NCBI GenBank assembly: GCA_963835065.1
Contig: CAWIEK010000056.1
Span: 1-64,000 of the forward strand
Length of the DNA stretch: 64,000 bases
Direction of reading: 5' to 3'
Origin: an uncultured Chthonomonadaceae bacterium
Lineage (GTDB): Bacteria > Armatimonadota > Chthonomonadetes > Chthonomonadales > Chthonomonadaceae
Positions 54,408 to 64,000 of the stretch are shown here, one piece after another. The notes beneath the pieces were generated by a model. It was given only the letters and a program-made list of their open reading frames with translations. It did no database searches and was not told the origin of the DNA. The position numbers were made by a program, and so were the translations under genes. Positions within the stretch are counted from its first letter, which is position 1; the number at the start of each line of letters is the position of its first letter.

Positions 54408-57335
54408 TCACTCCACATCAAGAAACACAGTGGGAGCGACGGGATATGCGCCCATGCGCGCGCCGTACAGGTTCAGGCCGTTCGCGCCGGCTGTGCGCGG
54501 AACCTCGAAGCGAACGATTATCTCACCGTTCCGGCTTGCCGCCAGAATTTCCCGCGCTTTTTCCCCATCCGCTTGCAGCGTCGTCAGGAAGCCGTAAGAC
54601 GCGAACTCGAAGTTTTCGTGATTGTTCGCGCTTAGGACGCCCCGCGCATCGGCGGGGTCATCGGCGATAGCGGCTTCGCCCAACGAAACGCCGTTGATGC
54701 GGACCTGCACCCGGCTGCCTTTTTGCGCGGCGTGAGTCTGCGGGTAACTGTTGCTCGCCTCGTGCCATGTCCGTTTCCAGCCCAGACGTCCGTTCGCCGT
54801 TCGCGCGCCCGCTTCAAACACAATGCGCAAGCCTTGAATGGTATCTGCGTTCAGCCCTTCCGGCAGTTGCAGGGCGTAATCAATCCAGCCCGGACCGCCG
54901 CAGATAAACTTGTTTCCCTGCCCGCCCACGACGGGGTTTTGCCGCGATGTTTCCTGATAATCTCCCGGCGCAAACCGCAGCGCGTAGCCTTTTGCCGTTC
55001 TCTCGATAGGCGCAAGCGGCAGATTGTCATAAACGTCTATGTTGACATAGTTGCGGGCGCGGACGGTTCCCTGCGCGTCTTCCAGCCAAAACGCGACTGT
55101 CAGCAGCGCGTTTTCGTGTGGGCAGGTGAGCGTCAAACGGCCCGCGTCCGTTACGTCGTATTGCTCCGGGCGGATTTCGCGCCGTCCTTGGTCCAGCAGA
55201 TGCGTTTCGCCCGAACCGTCAATGGACGTTATCTGCCAGCATACCTGCGCCGTTTCCATGCGCTTTCGGTCCCAATGCGACACGAACAGGGGCGCGCTCC
55301 ACGTCGCATTGGGCGCAAGCGTCACGCACGGCGCGCAGTCCAGACCGATGAAATCCGCGCCGTTCAGGTCGGCTACGCTCATGCCGGGGAACATACCGCC
55401 ATAGCCGAAGCCTTTGGCCGAGCGGTCATAATTAACAAAGCCATTATGTTCCCACTCAATGTCGGTGAGTTCCGTGTACACATAGCCGCAGATTTTGGCG
55501 TGGCGGCGCAGTTCCGTTGTCAGGTACTTGAACGTGTACGAAATGTCCTTGTCGCCGCCCTGCGCGCCCAATCCCGCGTACTCGCTGTTGAGCAGGGGTT
55601 CGATGCCCTGCGTAAACGCGGTCGCGCCTTCGACATGGCTGTATTCCTGCCCGACATAGTTGAACGGCGAGCCTTCATACGTAAGGTCAACCACGCGCTG
55701 CACATGCCTCCGCGCCCGGTCATAGTTGCCGATATAAAAATGCCACGTGTTGATGTCGGTCTGCACATGGTCGTACAAACACGCGGAATTGTCTTCGATC
55801 AGCCGGGTCGAATCCAGCGATTTGGCAAGCGCGAACATTTCCCGCACCCAGTTCCAGCTTGCGGGCGTGGAGTGTTCTTCCAATCCCCACGTTTCGTTGA
55901 ACAAAATCCACGCGATAATACAGGGGTGTGAGCCGTCGCGCTGAAACGCCGCCCGCATCGCCGCTTCCCAATGCGCCCGCGCTGTCGGCGTGTACAAACT
56001 GGCTGAGGGAATGTCGTACATCATCAAAACACCCAATTTGTCCGCCCAATAGTAGTAGCGCGGATCGTTGATCTTGATATGGCAGCGCAGCATGTTCAAT
56101 CCCATATCGCGGGCGATCTGAACATCCTGCCGTATCGCGTCATCCGTCGCGTACGCATGAAGGCCGTCCGGCGTAAACGCCTGATCCAATGCCCCTCGCA
56201 AATAGATGGGTTCGCCGTTGAGCAGCACATATTCATACGGCTTGTCCTTCCATCGCGCCCGCGAAACCGAGCGCAGGCCGAAGTAGGTGACGACTTCATC
56301 ATTTTCGATTGCCGATTGCCGATTGCCGATTGTGGATTGCGTTGCTTCTTTTCCCTGTTCCCTGTTCCCTGTTCCCTGTTCCCTCTCTCCCTCTTCCTCA
56401 AGCCGGACAACGGCATCGTACAGGCGCGGGGATTCGGGCGACCAGAGGCGAGGGTTGGGAACGCGGATGGGGATTGAAACGGTTCCTGCTTCGGAGACGG
56501 CGGCCTGCGCGTCGGGGAATTCGCCGGCAGGGGAGGAAACGGTGACGCGGCAGGGATTGTTTTCCGCGCCCATAACGGTTACGGCGAATAAGGCTTCCCC
56601 GGTTTCGATGTTGGGCGTGACGCGGAGGTGTTCGATATACGCATGGGCGCGGCCTTCCAGCCAGACGGTCTGCCAGATGCCGCCGGAATGGTTGTACCAA
56701 TCGGTTGTCTGCTTGCCCAACAGGGTATCGGCGTCGCAGGCGTCGTAAGCGCGGACGGTCAGCGTGACGGGCTTGCCGGGGCGGACGTAGCGCGATATGT
56801 CGAGTTCAAACGGCGTGTAGCCGCCGACATGTTCGCCCACAAAGCGCCCGTTGATCCACACTTTGGCGCTCCAGTCCACCGCGCCAAAACACAGAAACGG
56901 ACGAACGCGCCACGTCACATTCGCGCCGGGAGCCGTCACGGATGTGGCCGATTCTTCCATTCCGGGCAGGCCGCGCGCATGGCGCTGCCCGCTGCCCGCG
57001 TCCTCAGCCGCCCACGCCGCGGGAACTTCCAGCAGACGCTGATACCACGCCGCGCCCTTGTACTCGGTTTCGCCGATGCCGGAAAGCGGGCTTTCCCACG
57101 GAAACGGAACCACGATATGATCGCCAAACGGATCGGAATTCAAAATGCCCGTTTGCGTACGAAGTTCGGGATGCGTGACGCGATGCCAACGGTCTTGTTC
57201 GCCCACATTGCGCGGGTCGAAAGTGAAGCGCCAGGTTCCGTTCAGATTAATCCAGGGCTGGCGCATAAAGTCGGGGCGGGGATGTTCGGGACGCGGAATC
57301 TCAGTCGCGGCGAGGCGCGTATTCAGTTCGTTCAT
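54408..57335 (-). CDS. Glycoside hydrolase family 2 protein
   Basis: PEHPRPDF, LNGTWRF, FGAVDW, GGYTPF, GIWQTVWLE, WILFNETWG, LNSEY. Confidence 0.92.
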   Translation of the reverse strand: MNELNTRLAATEIPRPEHPRPDFMRQPWINLNGTWRFTFDPRNVGEQDRWHRVTHPELRTQTGILNSDPFGDHIVVPFPWESPLSGIGETEYKGAAWYQRLLEVPAAWAAEDAGSGQRHARGLPGMEESATSVTAPGANVTWRVRPFLCFGAVDWSAKVWINGRFVGEHVGGYTPFELDISRYVRPGKPVTLTVRAYDACDADTLLGKQTTDWYNHSGGIWQTVWLEGRAHAYIEHLRVTPNIETGEALFAVTVMGAENNPCRVTVSSPAGEFPDAQAAVSEAGTVSIPIRVPNPRLWSPESPRLYDAVVRLEEEGEREQGTGNREQGKEATQSTIGNRQSAIENDEVVTYFGLRSVSRARWKDKPYEYVLLNGEPIYLRGALDQAFTPDGLHAYATDDAIRQDVQIARDMGLNMLRCHIKINDPRYYYWADKLGVLMMYDIPSASLYTPTARAHWEAAMRAAFQRDGSHPCIIAWILFNETWGLEEHSTPASWNWVREMFALAKSLDSTRLIEDNSACLYDHVQTDINTWHFYIGNYDRARRHVQRVVDLTYEGSPFNYVGQEYSHVEGATAFTQGIEPLLNSEYAGLGAQGGDKDISYTFKYLTTELRRHAKICGYVYTELTDIEWEHNGFVNYDRSAKGFGYGGMFPGMSVADLNGADFIGLDCAPCVTLAPNATWSAPLFVSHWDRKRMETAQVCWQITSIDGSGETHLLDQGRREIRPEQYDVTDAGRLTLTCPHENALLTVAFWLEDAQGTVRARNYVNIDVYDNLPLAPIERTAKGYALRFAPGDYQETSRQNPVVGGQGNKFICGGPGWIDYALQLPEGLNADTIQGLRIVFEAGARTANGRLGWKRTWHEASNSYPQTHAAQKGSRVQVRINGVSLGEAAIADDPADARGVLSANNHENFEFASYGFLTTLQADGEKAREILAASRNGEIIVRFEVPRTAGANGLNLYGARMGAYPVAPTVFLDVE

Positions 57336-57668
57336 AGAGGCGAGTATTGGCCTTTCGTTTGGAAAATTGGGTATCTTAAAGGATACCTGACGCTTTGACA
57401 AAATACCACAGGCGCAGGGCTTTTTACGCCACGCCGGGGCAGTTTTGTTTCCAGTTATGGAAGGTGAATTTTTCTTTGTAGCGTTCGGGCACTGCAGGAA
57501 GGAAGGCTGCCGCATCAGGCGGAACAACAGGATGGAATAGCGGGAAAATTTGAAACGCGCCGGGCTTCAGTCCGTACAGCGGAATAACACGTTTTCACCC
57601 GGAACACGCGGGCCAATCTCGCCGCCTTGAACGACAAGGCGCTTCCCCGAACCAGGAGGCATAGAAAC

Positions 57669-58421
57669 ATGGACAAGTCACAACCACTTACCAATGTTCG
57701 CATTCGCGTTGTGTTCGCTGAAGAAATCGCCGCGCTGCGCGGCACGATTGCAAACGTCATTCATCAGGACGACCGCTTGTACCTGCGGGCCGTACTGCCC
57801 CGTTATGCCGAAGTCGGGTTTTTGGATAGCGTCCAATGTGGCGTGGCCCTGCGCTCGGTCGAAGGCGCACTTCAGGTACACCCTTATGTGTTTCGGCTGG
57901 TGTGCGAAAACGGCGCGATCATGGCGCATGCGCTGCAAACCCGGCGCATTGAGAATCTGGCGGCGCGGGCAAGCGACAGCGCGGAAACCCTGCTGCGCGA
58001 AGCCATCGTCGCGTGTGGCTCGCAGGAAGCGTTTGAAACGTCTGCCGGAGAGATGCAGCGCGCCCGCAGCGTGGAAGCGAATAGGTGGCTGGAAATGATG
58101 TCCTTCCTGACCCAATTTCCTGAGACGACGCAGAACAGGCTGATGGGGCAGATAATGGAACACTTTGGCGTCGAGCGCGACACAACGCGCTTCGGCCTGA
58201 TGAACGCGATCACGGCCACTGCCCGCGATACGGACGATCCCGAACTGCGCTGGCAACTGGAAGAGTTCGGCGGCGGCGTTCCCGCGTTGCCCGGCCCATC
58301 CCCGACGCGCGCCGGCGCGGCAGCGCTGTCCCCACCCTTACTAAAATCACGGAATTGGGAACAAGCGGACATTGCCCTCCCGTCGAGAGAACTTCACGCG
58401 CAGGAAGCCGTGTTGGTCTGA
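57669..58421 (+). CDS. DUF932-like protein
   Basis: FRLVCENGAI and TRFGLMNAIT motifs. Confidence 0.55.
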   Translation: MDKSQPLTNVRIRVVFAEEIAALRGTIANVIHQDDRLYLRAVLPRYAEVGFLDSVQCGVALRSVEGALQVHPYVFRLVCENGAIMAHALQTRRIENLAARASDSAETLLREAIVACGSQEAFETSAGEMQRARSVEANRWLEMMSFLTQFPETTQNRLMGQIMEHFGVERDTTRFGLMNAITATARDTDDPELRWQLEEFGGGVPALPGPSPTRAGAAALSPPLLKSRNWEQADIALPSRELHAQEAVLV

Positions 58422-58626
58422 AGCAGAAAGCCGCGCCGGTCTGAACATTGGAATGTAAGCGCCGCGATGTCTATCTCGCGGCGCTTGCATCCATCGTATC
58501 CGCCGCCAATGCCTGACCGCTGGCGGCGCCATGCTGTTGTTCAAGCCGGTCCAGCGCGGCATACCCCCGATTGTATCTCCATTGAGTGTTTTTACAATAA
58601 TTGTTTTTTCATTGCAAAAACAAACT

Positions 58627-58926
58627 TTACTCCGATTTGCGACCCTGATGGTCGTAGGATTCCTGGACTTCGGCAACCTGGGTTTCACCGGCCTGGGGCG
58701 TGGCCGAAGAGGAAGCGCGGCGGGCGGACTCGGCGCGGTCTCGAGCGAGATCAACTTCAGCCAGCAGATGCGCCTGCACCAGAGCGCGCATATCTGCGAT
58801 CTTGTGCAGCATCTCGTCCACATCCTGACGCGGACTGTCGGGTTCATCCTGCCAGTTGCGCAGGGCTGTTTCCGCGCGGCGCAATGCAGCGGCCGCTTTG
58901 TGAGAGGAAGTAAGAATAGGGCGCAT
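58627..58926 (-). CDS. Small helical hypothetical protein
   Basis: RBS AAGGAG upstream; 99-aa ORF. Confidence 0.5.
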   Translation of the reverse strand: MRPILTSSHKAAAALRRAETALRNWQDEPDSPRQDVDEMLHKIADMRALVQAHLLAEVDLARDRAESARRASSSATPQAGETQVAEVQESYDHQGRKSE

Positions 58927-59130
58927 GGCGGAAATGCTCCTTTGGGTTAAAAAACTGCACCCGTGCCGAGTTCAATGAAGGGAGCATCAAACAAGGGCTT
59001 ACCGCAGGGTACAGCAAGGTACGACGCGCATGAGGCTCCAGACTAACCCGGCCTGGCTTCTCATGCCTATTTTCGCGCCGAATGTGCCATAATCCTGTGC
59101 AGTTTGAGAATGTTTTTTCGCGGAGACCAA

Positions 59131-59817
59131 ATGCCCCTGACAATCGCCATTGACGGGCCGGCGGGAGCCGGTAAAAGCACGGTTGCGCGGCGCGTGGCGT
59201 CGGCCCTGCGCCTGACCTACATTGACACCGGGGCGATGTACCGCGCGGTTGCCTGGAAAGCCCTGCAAACAAGTGTCAGCACAACGGACGCAAACGCTCT
59301 GGCAATGCTGGCGCAAAATTTAAAACTGCAATTTTCTGCCCTCACGCCCGATATGCAGCAAACGGTACAGGTGGATGGCGCGGACGTGACAACCGCGATA
59401 CGGACGCCGCAGGTAAGCAGCCTGACCTCCGCAATTTCCGCCTTTCCCGCCGTGCGCCGCGTGATTGTGGAGCAGCAAAGGGCGCTGGGGCAATCGGATG
59501 CGCGGGGCGTGGTTTTGGAAGGGCGCGACATTGGCACGGTCGTCTTTCCCAACGCGGAACTCAAGATTTTCCTGACCGCCAGTGACGAGGAGCGGGCGCG
59601 GCGGCGCGTGGAAGAACTACAGGCCAAAGGCATGGTGGTAGATTACGCGCAAACGCTGGCCGAACAGCGCGAACGCGACGCCCGCGACAGCCACCGCGCC
59701 AACTCGCCCCTCACGCCCGCGCCGGATGCGATTATCCTCAATACGGACGGGTTGAGCATTGAGGATGTTGTTACGCGCATACTGGAAAGAGCCGGAAAGT
59801 TGAGGGTTGAGGGTTGA
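59131..59817 (+). CDS. cmk: Cytidylate kinase
   Basis: IAIDGPAGAGKST, DTGAMYR, EGRDIGTVVFP. Confidence 0.97.
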   Translation: MPLTIAIDGPAGAGKSTVARRVASALRLTYIDTGAMYRAVAWKALQTSVSTTDANALAMLAQNLKLQFSALTPDMQQTVQVDGADVTTAIRTPQVSSLTSAISAFPAVRRVIVEQQRALGQSDARGVVLEGRDIGTVVFPNAELKIFLTASDEERARRRVEELQAKGMVVDYAQTLAEQRERDARDSHRANSPLTPAPDAIILNTDGLSIEDVVTRILERAGKLRVEG

Positions 59818-60481
59818 GAAGTTGAGCGAAAGCGCAAAAGAATATAGAGTCAACCTGAAACCGCGCCCGGACATTGCGTTGATGCACCATGTGCTTGCCT
59901 ATGCGTCGCGCGGGTTTTTCCGATTGTACGGCAGATGCAAAGTGGTGGGACTGGAAAACGTTCCGCAGACCGGAGCCGTGATCTTTGCCGCCAACCACGC
60001 CAGCAATTTAGACCCGCTGTTGGGATGGTCTACGCTGCGCGTGAAGCGCAAAATGTGGGGCGTCGCCAAAGTGGAATTGTGGCATCATCCGGTCACGCGC
60101 TACGTGATGAACTGCATGGGCGCGATCCCCGTCAAGCGCGGCACAGCCGACCGTACCATGCTGCGCGCCGTACTGGACTTGTTGGCGAAAGGCAAAGCCG
60201 TCGGCCTGTTCCCGGAAGGCACGCGCTCCAAAGACGGGAAATTGCAGCCCGCGCAGCCGGGCATCGGCCTGATTGTGCAAAAAAGCGGCGCTCCGGTCAT
60301 TCCGGTCGCGCTGTCGGGCACATACGAAATGCTGCCCGTCGGCCAATCCAAACTAAAACGCGCCAACATTAAAGTCGCCTTCGGCAAGCCCCTGACCTTC
60401 GCGCCCGACACGCCCCGCGAGGTGATAGCGGCGCGGATTATGGAAGCGATTGGAGAGTTAATGGTAGTCAGTAGTCAGTAG
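59807..60481 (+). CDS. plsC: 1-acyl-sn-glycerol-3-phosphate acyltransferase (start uncertain)
   Basis: NHASNLD, FPEGTRS; follows cmk. Confidence 0.9.
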   Translation: MRVEKLSESAKEYRVNLKPRPDIALMHHVLAYASRGFFRLYGRCKVVGLENVPQTGAVIFAANHASNLDPLLGWSTLRVKRKMWGVAKVELWHHPVTRYVMNCMGAIPVKRGTADRTMLRAVLDLLAKGKAVGLFPEGTRSKDGKLQPAQPGIGLIVQKSGAPVIPVALSGTYEMLPVGQSKLKRANIKVAFGKPLTFAPDTPREVIAARIMEAIGELMVVSSQ

Positions 60482-60572
60482 TCAGTAGAGAAATCTTCTC
60501 CCGTAAGCTGTTCCTATGGCACAAAGCTATGAGGAGGCAGGCATTTCTACTGACTACTGACTACTGACTACT
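60464..60572. repeat. Heptamer-armed element (GTAGTCA)n...(TGACTAC)n
   Basis: Arms and spacer homologous to 61962-62085; supplies the plsC stop codon. Confidence 0.88.
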
Positions 60573-60585
60573 TCTGGAGTTTCCC

Positions 60586-61206
60586 ATGCCCCTGACCGTT
60601 CTAAACCATGCGCTGGGCGGGCATCTGCTGGCGCAATTACGCGATGAAACGACGCCGCCGCCGCGTTTCCGAACCCTGACGCGCGCCCTGACGCAGATTC
60701 TGGTGGTGGAGGCCACGCGCCATTTGCCGACGCGGGCACAAGTGGTTCGGACGCCTTTGGAAGACACGCTGGCGCAGGTTTTGGATGCGCCGCTTGCCGC
60801 CGTGCCTGTATTGCGGGCGGGGTTGGGGATGCTGGACGCGGTTCTGGAACTGCTGCCGGAAGCCACTGTCGGCTACGTGGGATTGGAGCGCGATGAGACG
60901 ACGGCTGTTGCCAGCGCGTATTATTGTAAACTGCCCGCGCTGCAAGGCCGAACGGTGCTGCTGCTCGACCCGATGCTGGCAACGGGCGGTTCCGCCGCTT
61001 CCGCCGTCCGGCAGTTGATGGCGGCGGGCGCTTCCGATCTGCAATTGTTGTGCATGGTGGCCGCGCCCGAAGGCGTAAAGTATTTGGAAGCCGAATTTCC
61101 CGACATGCACATCGTCACCGCCGCCTTAGACCGCGAGTTGAATGAGAAACGCTATATTCTGCCCGGTTTAGGCGATTTCGGCGACCGCTTGTTCGGCACG
61201 TTTTAA
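60586..61206 (+). CDS. upp: Uracil phosphoribosyltransferase
   Basis: VLRAGLGM, LDPMLATGGS, YILPGLGDFGDRLFGT. Confidence 0.97.
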   Translation: MPLTVLNHALGGHLLAQLRDETTPPPRFRTLTRALTQILVVEATRHLPTRAQVVRTPLEDTLAQVLDAPLAAVPVLRAGLGMLDAVLELLPEATVGYVGLERDETTAVASAYYCKLPALQGRTVLLLDPMLATGGSAASAVRQLMAAGASDLQLLCMVAAPEGVKYLEAEFPDMHIVTAALDRELNEKRYILPGLGDFGDRLFGTF

Positions 61207-61300
61207 GCAAACTATATTTGATAGACTATTTGCGCGAAATTTTCGCCTTGTAGGGGCTTGATTTATCAAGCCCGCTTGCGGCAATGTTGAAGGAGATTGT

Positions 61301-61966
61301 ATGGCCTCGCCTTTGAAGCACCTTTTGCCTACCGGTTCGCTGGAAAATGTTCGGCGCGAGATGATCGCCCCACAGCCGGTCATTCAGCCGACAACCCGCG
61401 CCCGTTCGGGTGATTTGAATATAAACCTGTTTGTCGCGCAGCGCAAATTGCCGTTCTTGATCGGCAACACGCTGACGCAGAACAATGCGCTGCTTGTGCC
61501 GGTTGCGCCCGACCTGCGCATGGTATTCGGCGTGGCGAAAATGGCGCGCGATTGGGGCGCGGACATCGCGCAGAACGAAGCCCTCAAAGTGGCTCCGCTC
61601 CAGCCCGGTGACGCTTTCATCGGCACGGGCGCGCGCTACCGCTACCGTCATACCATCCTCGCGGTTGTGTTCGACGAAGCCAAGCGCACCAGTCCCGACT
61701 TAATTCGCCGCGCCGTGCGCCGGGGCGCGCAGCTTGCCGCCGAGCGTGGCGCAACCGGCTTGATTTTGCCCGATATGACTGAGAACCTCCTTGCGCAGCC
61801 CAACTGGATCACCGCCCAACAGCGCGCCGACACCGCCGAAATCGTCGCTTTTACCCTCGTAGACGCGCTGAAATCCTTGCGGGGTGCGGTGAAAACCGTG
61901 CATCTCTGGTGCTGGGACCCGCGCAACGTGGAGTTTTATCAGCGGGAGTTGAAGAGGATGAAGTAG
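61301..61966 (+). CDS. Macro-domain-like protein (divergent)
   Basis: ALLVPVAPDLRMVFGVAK, GDAFIGTG, IRRAVRRG match the macro fold pattern; the canonical GGG loop is absent. Confidence 0.5.
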   Translation: MASPLKHLLPTGSLENVRREMIAPQPVIQPTTRARSGDLNINLFVAQRKLPFLIGNTLTQNNALLVPVAPDLRMVFGVAKMARDWGADIAQNEALKVAPLQPGDAFIGTGARYRYRHTILAVVFDEAKRTSPDLIRRAVRRGAQLAAERGATGLILPDMTENLLAQPNWITAQQRADTAEIVAFTLVDALKSLRGAVKTVHLWCWDPRNVEFYQRELKRMK

Positions 61967-62085
61967 TCAGTAGCCAGTAGTCAGTAGTCAGTAGAGGAAT
62001 CTGCCCTTGTAAGCCGTTACTGATAAGCGCAACTTTGAAGGAACAAGCATTTCTACTGACTACTGACTACTGGCTACTGACTACT
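61962..62085. repeat. Heptamer-armed element (GTAGTCA)n...(TGACTAC)n
   Basis: Second copy of the 60464-60572 family. Confidence 0.88.
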
Positions 62086-62096
62086 TGGAGTTTTTC

Positions 62097-62846
62097 ATGC
62101 AAATCCGTACTGCCCTGCTGCCGCAACTGGCCGGGGATGTGTCTGAGGCCGTGTGCATTGTGATTGACGTGCTGCGGGCGACGACGGTGATTGCCACGCT
62201 GTTCGAGAAGCAGTGTCCCCGCGTGTATGTGGCGGCGGCGCACGAAACGGCGCGCGCGTTTGCCCGAGCGCAGGGGTACGTGTTGTGCGGCGAAACGGAA
62301 GGGTACAAAGCGCCGGGTTTCGACTATGGCAACTCGCCCGTCGAGTTCGCGCAGTTGGAGTTTGCCAATCGCCCCGTTGTGCTTTCCACGACGAACGGCA
62401 CGAAAGCGACGGCAATGGTTGCCAATGCCCGCCGCGTGTATTTGGGCGCGGCAATCAATCGCATGGCGGTTGCCCGCGCAGCCTGGCAGACGGCGCGGGA
62501 AACGGGCAGCGACATCGTGCTGGTGTGTTCGGGAACCAACGATCAGTTTACATTGGAAGACGCGACGGTTGCGGGGCTGTATGTGGAAGCGCTGGCGGGG
62601 CAGGCAGGCGCGTGGGAAGCGCCCGTACAGGCGGATTCGTCCATAGCCGCCCGCCGCTTGTGGCAGACAGAACCGAACCTGCTGCGCGGCTGGATGGAAG
62701 GCGTTCACGCGCAAACCCTGGCGAACCGGGGCTTCGGCGAAGACGTAGGCTACTGCGCCCGTATAGACGCCCTTGCCCACGTTCCCACGCTCGTACCCGA
62801 AGCCGAAGCCGCAAGCGTCGCCTGCCCGGTTGTATTGGTGAGGTAG
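62097..62846 (+). CDS. comB: 2-phosphosulfolactate phosphatase family protein
   Basis: VIDVLRATT, FDYGNSP, STTNGT, FTLED. Confidence 0.9.
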   Translation: MQIRTALLPQLAGDVSEAVCIVIDVLRATTVIATLFEKQCPRVYVAAAHETARAFARAQGYVLCGETEGYKAPGFDYGNSPVEFAQLEFANRPVVLSTTNGTKATAMVANARRVYLGAAINRMAVARAAWQTARETGSDIVLVCSGTNDQFTLEDATVAGLYVEALAGQAGAWEAPVQADSSIAARRLWQTEPNLLRGWMEGVHAQTLANRGFGEDVGYCARIDALAHVPTLVPEAEAASVACPVVLVR

Positions 62847-62849
62847 ATA

Positions 62850-62950
62850 TTAGGCATCAGGCATTAGGCATCAGACGAAGGTACTCACTTGACTGGCAGG
62901 AGCCGGACTTATATCTTGTATCTAATGCCTAATGCCTGATGCCTAATATC
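62850..62950. repeat. Heptamer-armed element (AGGCATT)n...(AATGCCT)n
   Basis: Same arms as 28110-28219; between convergent genes. Confidence 0.85.
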
Positions 62951-62958
62951 TTACCTGC

Positions 62959-63132
62959 CTAAATCCGTTGGCGCGAGGCGGCGCGAACCACTGCGTACAC
63001 CAGATAGCAGAACAGAGCGATGATGGCAATCGTAATGGCGACGTGGATCAGGCCGGCGACCAGATGCACCACGATGCCGCCCACGATCCAGATAAGCACG
63101 ATTGCGAGAATCCACTTTATCCAATCAGACAT
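62959..63132 (-). CDS. Small two-TM membrane protein (57 aa, not in the ORF track)
   Basis: MSDWIKWILAIVLIWIVGGIVVHLVAGLIHVAITIAIIALFCYLVYAVVRAASRQRI; RBS GGAGGAAAAGG. Confidence 0.7.
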   Translation of the reverse strand: MSDWIKWILAIVLIWIVGGIVVHLVAGLIHVAITIAIIALFCYLVYAVVRAASRQRI

Positions 63133-63319
63133 AACCTTTTCCTCCGAGGGACCGTTCCCGGCAAGGCGCGATGCCCGCCATGCGCGGCGGCAAGCGCGAC
63201 AGCGCCAGCTTCCCTAATTCATTACGGCTGAATTCGACGCCTCGTTTCGTTATTCCTGCCTGGCACACTTGCGGCTGCCAATCTTGAGATTATTTGAAAT
63301 TAAGGATTAAAATACCATC

Positions 63320-64000
63320 GTGGATTTAAGCAATCGGCGCGTTTTGGTGACGGGGGCGTCGTCGGGTATCGGCGAAGCGACGGCACGGGCATTTGCGGCG
63401 CAGAAGGCGCATGTGATTCTGGTTTCCGAACAGGCGGACGCCCTTGCCGCTGTGCGCGACTCGCTTGCCCGCGAAGGAGCGCGCGCCACCTGCGCCGTTG
63501 CCGACCTGACGCAGCCAACTCAATTGCAGGGCTTGTGGGAACGGCTGGAAGCGGAAGTCGGCTCCATTGATACGCTTGTCAACAATGCGGGCGTGGGATT
63601 GGGCGCGACGATTTTAGACACCCGCCTTGAAGACATGCGCTTTGTGTTTGAAGTCAACTTTTTCGGGCTGCATCAGTTGTGCCAGCAGGCATTGCGCTGC
63701 ATGGCTTCGCGCCATTTCGGCTATATCCTCAACGTCACGTCCGCGGCGGGGCGGTTCGGCAGCCCTACCGTTTCCGCGTATTCCGCATCTAAGGGCGCGG
63801 TTCATACGTACACGCAAGCCCTGCGCATCGAAGCGAGCGCGTACAACGTCCGCGTCAGCGAAGTGCTGCCGATTTCCGTGCGCACCCAGTTTTTTGACAG
63901 CGTGAAGGGCAAAACCTATCAGCCCGGCGGCGTGATTTTGACGCCTCAACAGGTCGCGCAAAGCATTGTACGCGCCGCCGGGCAAAAATACCCGCCCGCC
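63320..64000 (+). CDS. SDR family oxidoreductase (runs off the window end)
   Basis: VLVTGASSGIG, VNNAG, YSASK. Confidence 0.92.
   Translation, partial: MDLSNRRVLVTGASSGIGEATARAFAAQKAHVILVSEQADALAAVRDSLAREGARATCAVADLTQPTQLQGLWERLEAEVGSIDTLVNNAGVGLGATILDTRLEDMRFVFEVNFFGLHQLCQQALRCMASRHFGYILNVTSAAGRFGSPTVSAYSASKGAVHTYTQALRIEASAYNVRVSEVLPISVRTQFFDSVKGKTYQPGGVILTPQQVAQSIVRAAGQKYPPA

Overview
A 64 kb, GC-rich bacterial window. Gene content and repeat types suggest Armatimonadota or a similar lineage (inference only). Many otherwise well-conserved genes carry single-base frameshifts, which points to an error-prone long-read draft, so pseudogene calls are provisional. The left ~7.9 kb is accessory DNA: a Gam-like gene and a large serine recombinase whose 3' end runs into a tandemly duplicated ~2.1 kb unit (2331-4418 and 4460-6552). 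Each copy holds an effector-less STAND/AAA ATPase gene and a promoter-driven, highly structured ~200-nt RNA ending in an IS200/IS605 right end. This RNA looks like a TnpB omega-RNA, but no tnpB or tnpA is present; it is the most novel-looking signal here. Other accessory content: a planctomycete-type cytochrome c/DUF1549/DUF1553 gene, a duplicated cluster of secreted PQQ-like propeller genes, an XRE + metallopeptidase + divergent ECF-like sigma switch, a NACHT-LRR protein, a WGR-PARP, and a Septu-like ATPase-HNH pair. Housekeeping genes include ppa, cmk, plsC, upp and comB. Heptamer-armed and REP-like palindromic elements occur throughout; some are inserted in-frame in proteins and some supply stop codons or ribosome-binding sites.
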